Shown here in pieces: positions 1-7,263 of a stretch of DNA of 42,634 nucleotides. The notes beneath the pieces are model-generated. The model was not told the DNA's origin. It did no database searches and saw only the letters and a program-made list of their open reading frames with translations. The first letter of the stretch is position 1. Each line of letters begins with the position of its first letter. Made by a program: the position numbers and the translations under genes. This DNA comes from an uncultured Gammaproteobacteria bacterium. Lineage in GTDB: Bacteria > Patescibacteriota > Patescibacteriia > SBBC01 > JACPUP01. The DNA lies in the NCBI GenBank assembly GCA_964457305.1, contig CAYWEH010000003.1, forward strand, positions 13,908 through 56,541, written 5' to 3'.

Positions 1-1
1 G

Positions 2-316
2 GCAAAGAATTTCCATGACGCGTTCGATTTCGCGCTCGCGGCCAATCACGGGATGCTTTTTCCTTTCCCGGGGGACCCGGTGGCGCCGGTCTTTACCATG
101 GATGGCGTGCGCTTCTCCCTTGATCTGGTCTGGATCGCCGATGATCGGGTGGTGGGCTTCACGCTTGACCTGCCGCCGGCCCCCGCCGACGCTGGGACGC
201 GCTATCCGCCGCCGCGCCCAATTACCGCTGTTTTAGAACTCCCTGGCGGAACCGTCCGCCGGCTTGGGATTCAGGCGGGCGACGTGGTTGTCATCAGCCC
301 GCTGCAACGTCGTTGA
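2..316 (+). CDS. DUF192-family protein, 5' end outside window
   Basis: The frame is open from the window edge. The ...NHGMLFPF...LDLVWI...AVLELPGG...GIQAGDVV pattern fits DUF192. Track ORF 53..316 is the internal-Met version. Confidence 0.65.
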   Translation, partial: AKNFHDAFDFALAANHGMLFPFPGDPVAPVFTMDGVRFSLDLVWIADDRVVGFTLDLPPAPADAGTRYPPPRPITAVLELPGGTVRRLGIQAGDVVVISPLQRR

Positions 317-341
317 CAAGCGGCCCGGCCCCGCGTAGTCT
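313..341 (+). promoter_or_regulatory. Putative sigma70-like promoter upstream of rplU
   Basis: TTGACA (313-318), a 17-nt spacer, then TAGTCT (336-341). The -10 ends 11 nt before the rplU ATG. Confidence 0.4.
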
Positions 342-352
342 ACAGGGGTTCT

Positions 353-664
353 ATGTTTGCCATTATTGCCACGGGCGGAAAGCAGTATCGCGTCCAGGCT
401 GGTGAGACGCTCAAAGTCGAAAAGCTGCCGAAAACGGACGGAAAAACTGTCGTTTTTTCAGACGTATTACTCCTTGGTGATGAGGCCAGTGTGACGATGG
501 GAACGCCGACCATCAAGGGCGCGTCCGTCACCGGCGAGGTGCTCCGCGAGGGGCGCGCCAAGAAGGTCATGGTGCGGAAGTTCAAATCAAAGGTCCGCTA
601 CCGCCGCCTCCACGGCCACCGGCAGGCATTCACTGAAGTGAAGATCACGGCGATTCGAGCCTAA
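353..664 (+). CDS. rplU: 50S ribosomal protein L21
   Basis: 103 aa. MFAIIATGGKQYRVQAGETLKVEKL... is the canonical L21 N-terminus. Confidence 0.95.
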   Translation: MFAIIATGGKQYRVQAGETLKVEKLPKTDGKTVVFSDVLLLGDEASVTMGTPTIKGASVTGEVLREGRAKKVMVRKFKSKVRYRRLHGHRQAFTEVKITAIRA

Positions 665-1266
665 GGCAAGGTCTGGCGGCCCTTGATGGCGTCGCCGAGC
701 GTGATCTCATCGGCGTACTCGAGCTCGCCCCCGACCGGCAGGCCGCGCGCGAGTTTTGATACGCGGACCGGGTAGGGCCGTAAACTCTTCCGCAAGAAGA
801 GCGACGTGGCTTCGCCCTCGACGTTTTGGTTCAGGGCGAGGATAACCTCTTTGGTCACGGTCTCGTTTTTCAACCGGTTGAGGAGGGGCGCGATCGCCAG
901 CGCGTCCGGTGTCACTCCTTCGATCGGGTTCAAGAGGCCATGCAGGACGTGGTACAGGCCGTGGTACTGTCCGGTTTTCTCAATGGCGGTGATGTCCGAA
1001 GGTTCAGCCACGACGCAAATTGTTCCCTGGTCGCGTGTTCGATCCGCGCACAGCGGACAGGGCGATTTCGTATCAAACGTTCCGCACCGGCCGCAGCGGA
1101 CGATTGATTTTGGCAGGGCCTGGAGGAGGGCGGCAAATTGGTCGACCGATTTGGGCGGCTGCTTCAAGAGGAAGAAGACGATGCGTTCGGCGGATTTGAG
1201 GCCAATACCAGGCAAACGGGCAAAGGTCGCGATGATGGAATCGACAATCTTCGGACGGCGGGTCAT
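661..1266 (-). CDS. recR: Recombination protein RecR
   Basis: 201 aa with a C4 zinc finger (CGRCGTFDTKSPCPLC) followed by a Toprim region. It converges on rplU with a 4-nt overlap of the stops. Confidence 0.95.
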   Translation of the reverse strand: MTRRPKIVDSIIATFARLPGIGLKSAERIVFFLLKQPPKSVDQFAALLQALPKSIVRCGRCGTFDTKSPCPLCADRTRDQGTICVVAEPSDITAIEKTGQYHGLYHVLHGLLNPIEGVTPDALAIAPLLNRLKNETVTKEVILALNQNVEGEATSLFLRKSLRPYPVRVSKLARGLPVGGELEYADEITLGDAIKGRQTLP

Positions 1267-2639
1267 GGTTGCGACGCCACGAGTTTTTTCTCGAGATTCC
1301 GGAAACTCACCTTCGTTTCGTCAAAGTACAGTTCAATCTGGCCGGTCGGTCCGTTGCGGTGCTTGGCGATGATGATCTCGGCGATGTTCGCCCGCTCCGA
1401 ATCGCGCTTGTAGACGCCTTCGCGGTAGATGAAGAGCACCACGTCGGCATCTTGTTCGATGGAGCCGGATTCGCGGAGGTCGGCGAGTTTCGGGATCGGC
1501 GGGTTGCGGGCTTCGGTGGCGCGGGACAGTTGCGACAGCGCGAGCACGGGGATGTTCAGTTCTTTGGCCAGGCCCTTGAGCCCGCGGGTGATCTCCGAGA
1601 CTTGCTGGACGCGGTTTTCCACGGAGCTTCGCCCCTCAAGTAACTGGAGGTAGTCGACGACGAGAAGCCCAAGACCGTGTTCGGACTGCAACCGACGTGC
1701 CTTCGTGCGCATTTCGGTGACGGACGTTACGGCTGAATCGTCAATGAAGATCGGCGCTTCGGACAGGACGCCCATGGCGTGCCCGATATTCGAAAAGTCC
1801 TCGTCTTCCGAGAGCCGACCGGTCCGCATCTTCCACATGTCCACGCCGCCCTCGGCGCAAATGAGGCGATCGACTAACTGTTCCTTGGACATTTCCAGCG
1901 AGAAAATACCGACCGGAACTTTCGCTTTCGTGGCCATGATACGGGCCATGTCGAGGGCCAGCGTCGTTTTTCCAACTGATGGCCGAGCGGCCAGGATGAT
2001 GAGGTCGGATTTCTGGAAGCCGGCCAGGAGGTTGTCGAGGTCTTTGAATCCGGTGGGCTGACCGCGGAGCTTGCCCGGTTCCTTGTGGAGTTCGTCGATG
2101 CGCTCGAAGGCTTCGGTGAGTACGGTTTTCAAGGGGATAAACTTTTGCTTGAGGTATTTTTGCGACACTTCGAAGACGCGTTGCTCCGCCTGATCGAGCA
2201 CTTGGTCGACCTCGTCAGTTTCTTCGTACCCGAGTTTGGCGATTTCCGAGGACGCGTTGATGAGTCGGCGCAGCGTCGCCTTTCGTTGGACAATGTTCGC
2301 GTAGTGCGTCACGTGGCTGGCCGTCGGCACGAGGTTCGCCAGGGAGGTGAGGTAGGTTCGGCCGCCGATGATGTCCAACTGGCCCCGTTCCTGGAGTCGG
2401 TTCGTCAGGGACAGGAGATCGATCGGCTCGCGGTGCTCGTAGACCTCGAGCATCGCCTGGTAAATCATTCCGTGGGTGTCTTTATAGAAGTCCTCGGGCC
2501 GCAGGCTGTCGGCGATGCGGACGATCGCCTCTTTATCAATGAGCAGCGAACCGAGGACCGATTGCTCGGCTTCGATGTTCTGGGGTGGGATTTTTTCGAC
2601 CGGGATGGGGCTAGCCATGGGTGGAGCGTGCCGGTCCAT
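1263..2639 (-). CDS. dnaB: Replicative DNA helicase DnaB
   Basis: PQNIEAEQSVLGSLL N-terminal motif and Walker A GARPSVGKT. ATGA overlap with recR. The start may be the internal Met at 2618. Confidence 0.95.
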   Translation of the reverse strand: MDRHAPPMASPIPVEKIPPQNIEAEQSVLGSLLIDKEAIVRIADSLRPEDFYKDTHGMIYQAMLEVYEHREPIDLLSLTNRLQERGQLDIIGGRTYLTSLANLVPTASHVTHYANIVQRKATLRRLINASSEIAKLGYEETDEVDQVLDQAEQRVFEVSQKYLKQKFIPLKTVLTEAFERIDELHKEPGKLRGQPTGFKDLDNLLAGFQKSDLIILAARPSVGKTTLALDMARIMATKAKVPVGIFSLEMSKEQLVDRLICAEGGVDMWKMRTGRLSEDEDFSNIGHAMGVLSEAPIFIDDSAVTSVTEMRTKARRLQSEHGLGLLVVDYLQLLEGRSSVENRVQQVSEITRGLKGLAKELNIPVLALSQLSRATEARNPPIPKLADLRESGSIEQDADVVLFIYREGVYKRDSERANIAEIIIAKHRNGPTGQIELYFDETKVSFRNLEKKLVASQP

Positions 2640-2711
2640 TGTATCCTTTGGGCACTGGTCGGAGCAAGCGCGTTATGTGCACAGACTATCCACTGCGGTT
2701 GTCCACATGCG

Positions 2712-2740
2712 TTGACGTGAACCACGTGGAAGCGTAGACT
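2712..2740 (+). promoter_or_regulatory. Putative promoter, near-leaderless, for the exonuclease gene
   Basis: TTGACG (2712-2717), a 17-nt spacer, then TAGACT (2735-2740). The ATG at 2749 lies only 8 nt after the -10. Confidence 0.45.
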
Positions 2741-2748
2741 GCGTTGGT

Positions 2749-3288
2749 ATGCCACCGACTTTTGTTTTACCCGACACCTTCGTCGTTTTTGATACCGAGA
2801 CGTCGGGAATGCGTCCGGGCGATGGCCACTCCATTATTGAGTTGGCCGCCCAGAAGGTCCGCGGACAAAAGGTCATTGACACGTTCGAGACGCTTATCAA
2901 CCCTGGTCATGCGCTCGATCAGGCCGCCGCCGATGTGCACGGCATCTCCGAGCTCGAACTCATTGCCAAAGGAAAACAACCGCATGAGGTATTTCCGGCC
3001 TTCTCGTCATTTATCGGATCATGGCCGTTGGTTGCCCACAACGTTGGGTTTGATATTGCTTTTTTGAACGCGCATCATCAGCGCTTGCAGCTACCACTGG
3101 TGCAAAATCCGCTGATCGATTCCGTCGCCGTGGCTCGCGCTTTGCTCATCATTCCTTCGTATAGTTTGGAATCCGTCGCTCGCTATTTGAAAGTCCCCCA
3201 ACCGGAAGCGCATCGTGCCATGGCCGACGTCACCACCTTGCGCGAGGTGCTCTTCAAGCTGGCGGACCGTGCCGCGACGAAACATTGA
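2749..3288 (+). CDS. DnaQ-like 3'-5' exonuclease (DNA pol III epsilon family)
   Basis: Exo motifs are present: FVVFDTETSG, HNVGFDIAFL, HRAMADV. Confidence 0.85.
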   Translation: MPPTFVLPDTFVVFDTETSGMRPGDGHSIIELAAQKVRGQKVIDTFETLINPGHALDQAAADVHGISELELIAKGKQPHEVFPAFSSFIGSWPLVAHNVGFDIAFLNAHHQRLQLPLVQNPLIDSVAVARALLIIPSYSLESVARYLKVPQPEAHRAMADVTTLREVLFKLADRAATKH

Positions 3289-3313
3289 CGGATACTGGAA
3301 ATCGCAGTATTCT
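3285..3313 (+). promoter_or_regulatory. Putative promoter for the structured leader and tRNA-Lys
   Basis: TTGACG (3285-3290), a 17-nt spacer, then TATTCT (3308-3313). It overlaps the exonuclease stop codon. Confidence 0.45.
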
Positions 3314-3324
3314 GCTGCTCGCGC

Positions 3325-3408
3325 GGTGGCGAGACAGGGGAGTGTAGCTTCCGGCCTCAAGGCCGGACCCCGCCAGAGGCGGGGTAGTTGGTAGACCTGC
3401 CCGCCGCC
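3325..3408 (+). ncRNA. Candidate structured RNA or tRNA leader (closing helix plus two GC hairpins)
   Basis: Closing helix 3325-3338 pairs with 3396-3408. Hairpin TCCGGCC-TCAA-GGCCGGA lies at 3350-3367. Hairpin CCCCGCC-AGA-GGCGGGG lies at 3368-3384. No family recognised. Confidence 0.3.
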
Positions 3409-3440
3409 AGCCGTTCACGCACCGTCAACGCCGTCCGCAG

Positions 3441-3512
3441 GGGAGCATAGCTCAATGGTAGAGCAACGGCCTTTTAAGCCGTGGGTTGCAGGTTCGAGTC
3501 CTGCTGCTCCCA
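3441..3512 (+). tRNA. tRNA-Lys (anticodon UUU)
   Basis: Hand-folded cloverleaf: GGGAGCA/TGCTCCC acceptor, GCTC/GAGC D stem, ACGGC-CTTTTAA-GCCGT anticodon arm, GCAGG-TTCGAGT-CCTGC T arm, discriminator A. No encoded CCA. Confidence 0.9.
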
Positions 3513-3577
3513 CGGGTCATCTCGCCTTGCGGCTTGCGAGTGATCGCTTGTTAATCGATCCCTCTTCAGCCTTCAGG

Positions 3578-3646
3578 CGAGTGCCCCTTTCCCCATCGCG
3601 AACGGTCGTTCCGCTCCCTGGTTCGCGCTGGGGGCCTCCTTTTACG
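3578..3646. repeat. Palindromic unit A (13-bp stem, 17-nt loop) with conserved flanks
   Basis: CCCCATCGCGAAC (3591-3603) pairs with GTTCGCGCTGGGG (3621-3633) at 12 of 13 positions. The flanks TGCCCCTTTCCCCA and TGGGGGCCTCCTTT resemble those of unit B. Confidence 0.45.
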
Positions 3647-3664
3647 TACCGTGAGAGTCGCAGC

Positions 3665-3776
3665 CAATGCCCCTCTTCCCCACAAATGCGTGCTCCCGTC
3701 GCTTCCTCCGCTCCTCGCTACACTCCGGTGCTCGGTCGCTCTGGTCCGCTCCGCATTTGTGGGGGCCCCTTTGCTT
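3665..3776. repeat. Palindromic unit B (13-bp perfect stem, 61-nt pyrimidine-rich loop) with conserved flanks
   Basis: CCCCACAAATGCG (3678-3690) pairs perfectly with CGCATTTGTGGGG (3752-3764). The flanks are TGCCCCTCTTCCCCA and TGGGGGCCCCTTTGC. Confidence 0.45.
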
Positions 3777-3850
3777 CCCTCGAGACGACAGCCTTCAAGG
3801 GCAAGGGCTTAAATAAAAAAGCCGCCAGGAACCGGGAAAAATATCGGCTC

Positions 3851-3892
3851 GCCTGTCCCGCACCCGAGTCGCACGAGTGGTGCGGGGCAGGC
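3851..3892 (-). terminator. Long GC hairpin downstream of the RND gene (possible terminator)
   Basis: 14-bp stem: GCCTGTCCCGCACC pairs with GGTGCGGGGCAGGC, including one G:U, around a 14-nt loop. On the minus strand a T5 run follows only after 9 nt, so this is not a canonical intrinsic terminator. Confidence 0.3.
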
Positions 3893-3964
3893 GACGCCAT
3901 TCAGCGCGGGATCAGGCTCTGCCGGAAAATCCGGAGGAACCTCTATTCAAGGATACCTGACCGC

Positions 3965-6900
3965 TTATAGAGTGTGTGTTTTCTTACGCCCGAATCTCAG
4001 ATACAGGATCGGGACCACAAACAGGTTGACCAGCGTGGCAGTGACGAGCCCGCCCAGAATGACAATAGCCAGCGGATGCTCGATCTCATTCCCGGGAATG
4101 TTCCCAGCAATCACCAGGGGCACCAACGCCAATGCGGTAGTGGCAGCCGTCATCATAATCGGCGCTAATCTCTCTCGAGCTCCGCGCAGAACAAGCTGGG
4201 GACCGAATGGTTCCCCCTCCTCCCGCTCGAGGTGTTGAAAGTGATTGATCATCAGAATGCCGTTACGCGCCGCTATGCCCAAGACCGTAAGAAAACCAAC
4301 CAGTGAGCCGAGGGAGATAATGCCGCCGCCGATGTATGCGGCCAGCACGCCACCGACGAGAGCGGCCGGCAACAGGAAAAAACCGAGTACGGCTAATCGC
4401 GTACTCCGAAAGGACGTGTGCAACATCAGAAAAATCCCAATCATCGCGATGATCCCCACCACCAGGAGGCGTTGTTGCGCTGTCCGCCGTTCCGTAAACT
4501 CGCCCAACAGCTGTGGGTAATAGCCGAGCGGAAAATCAACCTGTGCCAGCCGCGCCTCAACCTCACCCACCACCGAACCCAGGTCACGTCCTCGCACGTT
4601 AGCGCCCACGTCAATGCGCCGTGAGATTCCTTCGTGCTCGATCTCGTTCGGCGTCGGCGTGATGCGAACCGAAGCGACATCGCCCAAACGCACGACGCCA
4701 CCGCGCGGTGTATTAATCAACAGTTCCTCGATGCTCGTGACGCTGGCCCGCGCCTCGGGAACACTCCACACCTGAACGTCATAGACCTTGCCATCACGAT
4801 GAATGTCGCTGACCTCAATGCCGGCTACCACCGTGGTCGTCGCCCGACGCACGTCCCCGGGCTTGAGCCCGAATCGCTCCGCGGCCGCCAGGTCAACCTT
4901 AACCTGTATCTGGGGTATGTCCTCGTGCAGCTCCACGTTGAGGTCAACCAAGCCATCAATGCCCGCGAGGGCCTCCTTGACCCGCTCGGCCTGCTTGCTC
5001 AACTCATGCAACTCGGGACCGAAGATGCGTATGGTGATCGCATCGCCTCCCCCGGTGAGTACTTCCCGGATGCGCTCTTTTAAATAGGTTTGGACGTCGC
5101 GGTAGATTCCCGGGTAACCGTCAACCGTTTTTTGGATAGCGGCGAGGGTGGCGTCGTAGTCGGCCGCCGGATCCACGCTCACCCAGTTTTCGGTAAAGTT
5201 GATGCCAACAACCTCATCGGCAGCGATCGCTCGACCAATGTGGGCACCGAAATTTCGCACCCCGGGGATGGCCCGCAGCTCTTTACTCGCCTGGACCGTC
5301 ACGCGGTACATCTCCGGATGCGAGGTGCCAGGCTTGGTCACCCAGTGCATCAAGAAATCCCGCTCGCGAAACTCTGGCAGTAACTCTTGTCCCAACTGCG
5401 GCGTCACGACCACGCCCAGCAACGCAATACTGCCCACGACCGCATACACCCGTCGCGGAGCGCGAAGAATGCCTGCGAGGAGCCGGTCGTAATGATGTTG
5501 CAGCCAAGGGATGAGTGGCGAGGTGTGGCTCGTCTGCCCGGTGCGGCGCAAGAGGAGGTAACTCAACGCCGGCGTGATGGTGAGCGCTACCACGGTCGAG
5601 GCTACCACCGCCAGGGTATAGGAGATCGCCAGTGGTCGAAAGAAGGCGCCGGACAACCCGCCCATAAAAAAGACCGGCACGAGAACAATGACCTCGATCA
5701 GGGTTGAAAAGATAATGGCGTGGCGGACCTCAAACGAGGCCTCGATGATTACGGAAGCAATCGACCGCCCGTTCGACTGGCGAACCTGTCGCAGGCGTCT
5801 GACAATGTTTTCGACGTCGACGATGGCGTCGTCCACGACAACACCAAGCGCAATCACCAGTCCCGCCAGAATCATGGTGTTGATGGTCGCGCCCCGCAGG
5901 TACAGCACGAGCACCGAGGTCAATAAAGACAGGGGTATGGCCACCAGGCTGATCAGTGCCACGCGCCATGAGTACAGGAAGACGAACAGCACCACAACGA
6001 CCAACACGCTGGCAATCAACAACGCTCGGGTCAGGTTGCCGATCGCCATCTCGATGAAGGTAGCCGGGCGGAAGATTTCAGAGTCAATCGTGATGCCAGG
6101 CAACCCGGGTTTCATCTCCGTGAGCGCCGCTTCCACCCCCCGGGTTACCTCCAAAGTGTTGGCCCAAGGAAATTTTTCCACGATCAGCATCAGGCCCGGC
6201 CCATCATTAATAACGGCATCGCCAACGAGCGGCCAGGTATCCCAGACCACGTCAGCCACGTCGCCTAAGCGCACCGCCCGCCCGCTCTGTGTGGTCACGG
6301 TCACCCGGGCGAGATCCTCCGGCGCAATCACTGGCAAGATGTGCCGGATGGTAAATCGCTGGTTCGGCGTATCGATAAAACCTTCCGTGCGCGTCTTGGC
6401 AGCGGTGGAGTAGGGCAGCAGCCCAAAATCCAAAGCCTCCGCAGTGGCCCGTTCAACTTCATCGAGCGTCACCCCGTGTGTGCGCATCCGCGCCGGATCG
6501 ACCTCGACCGCAAGCATCTTGATGCGATCGCCCCAGATGGCCACGTTGGCTACACCCGGCACTCCCATCAGCCGAAACCGCATCCGCCAGTAGGCGGTCA
6601 TGGATAGGTCCTTGAGCTCGTATTGATCCGACGTCAACCCGATCTTCATCACCCGGCTGGTGGCTGACAACGGCGGCAGCATGAAAGGAATTCCGGCTGA
6701 CTTCGGCAAATCTTGAATTGCCAGATCAAGGCGCTCAAGCACGAGTTGCCGGGCGCGCATCAGATCAGTTCCGGCTTTGAAGATGATCCGAATAGACGAA
6801 AGCGCCGTCACTGACTTGGACCGCATCACGTCGAGCTCAGGCGTGCCCCGCAATGTCTCTTCCATCGGAATCGTGATGAGCTCTTCGACCTCGGTCGAGG

Positions 6901-7075
6901 TCATGCCTTGCCCTTCAGTCTGAATTTCGACCAGCGGTGGGGCAAACTCAGGGAACACATCCACCGGCATACTGCGCAGCTGGGTGATGCCGAAGTACAT
7001 CATGGCCGCCGCCGCTGCCAGCAGCAGCCAGCGGAACCGCAAGCTCGACCGAACAATCCACCGCATCATAGGCAC
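3965..7075 (-). CDS. RND-superfamily efflux permease (AcrB/CzcA-like), copy 1
   Basis: 1036 aa with 12-TM plus two-large-loop layout. The N-terminus resembles CzcA/CusA. TM4 motif LGVVVDDAIVDVEN carries the Asp-Asp proton-relay pair. Confidence 0.9.
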   Translation of the reverse strand: MPMMRWIVRSSLRFRWLLLAAAAAMMYFGITQLRSMPVDVFPEFAPPLVEIQTEGQGMTSTEVEELITIPMEETLRGTPELDVMRSKSVTALSSIRIIFKAGTDLMRARQLVLERLDLAIQDLPKSAGIPFMLPPLSATSRVMKIGLTSDQYELKDLSMTAYWRMRFRLMGVPGVANVAIWGDRIKMLAVEVDPARMRTHGVTLDEVERATAEALDFGLLPYSTAAKTRTEGFIDTPNQRFTIRHILPVIAPEDLARVTVTTQSGRAVRLGDVADVVWDTWPLVGDAVINDGPGLMLIVEKFPWANTLEVTRGVEAALTEMKPGLPGITIDSEIFRPATFIEMAIGNLTRALLIASVLVVVVLFVFLYSWRVALISLVAIPLSLLTSVLVLYLRGATINTMILAGLVIALGVVVDDAIVDVENIVRRLRQVRQSNGRSIASVIIEASFEVRHAIIFSTLIEVIVLVPVFFMGGLSGAFFRPLAISYTLAVVASTVVALTITPALSYLLLRRTGQTSHTSPLIPWLQHHYDRLLAGILRAPRRVYAVVGSIALLGVVVTPQLGQELLPEFRERDFLMHWVTKPGTSHPEMYRVTVQASKELRAIPGVRNFGAHIGRAIAADEVVGINFTENWVSVDPAADYDATLAAIQKTVDGYPGIYRDVQTYLKERIREVLTGGGDAITIRIFGPELHELSKQAERVKEALAGIDGLVDLNVELHEDIPQIQVKVDLAAAERFGLKPGDVRRATTTVVAGIEVSDIHRDGKVYDVQVWSVPEARASVTSIEELLINTPRGGVVRLGDVASVRITPTPNEIEHEGISRRIDVGANVRGRDLGSVVGEVEARLAQVDFPLGYYPQLLGEFTERRTAQQRLLVVGIIAMIGIFLMLHTSFRSTRLAVLGFFLLPAALVGGVLAAYIGGGIISLGSLVGFLTVLGIAARNGILMINHFQHLEREEGEPFGPQLVLRGARERLAPIMMTAATTALALVPLVIAGNIPGNEIEHPLAIVILGGLVTATLVNLFVVPILYLRFGRKKTHTL

Positions 7076-7263
7076 TTCCTCGGAGCAAAAAACAGCGTGG
7101 GGGGCCTACGCCAAAAGCCGGCCCTCCTATCTTCTAGATTCGAAAAGTGACTGTTCGCTTTACCCTGCATTGATCAGTACATTACCCGGTGTCCATCTGC
7201 CCCCCAGATGCGACTACTGAGATTATTACGGATACTACACATCGTATACTGGCCTATCCTGGT

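Noticed and set aside
3513-3964. RNase P RNA, tmRNA, SRP RNA or 6S RNA in the long non-coding tract.
   Set aside because: On either strand I could not find the RNase P P4 signature (GAGGAAAGTCC / ACAGAA), the tmRNA tRNA-like 3' end (GGTTCGA...CCA) or the SRP GGAA/AGCA domain IV motif. The question is left for an Rfam scan.
3455-3970. 171-aa + strand ORF spanning the non-coding tract after tRNA-Lys.
   Set aside because: It starts inside the tRNA-Lys gene, has no Shine-Dalgarno and is P/S/R-rich with no motif. The region is better explained by palindromic repeat units and hairpins.
7076-7263. Terminator or riboswitch in the gap between the ABC-2 permease and RND copy 1.
   Set aside because: Only short stems are present (CATCTG-GGGG-CAGATG, and GGGCC...GGCCC followed at a distance by T6). 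There is no canonical terminator geometry and no convincing promoter, so it cannot be decided from sequence whether RND copy 1 is co-transcribed.
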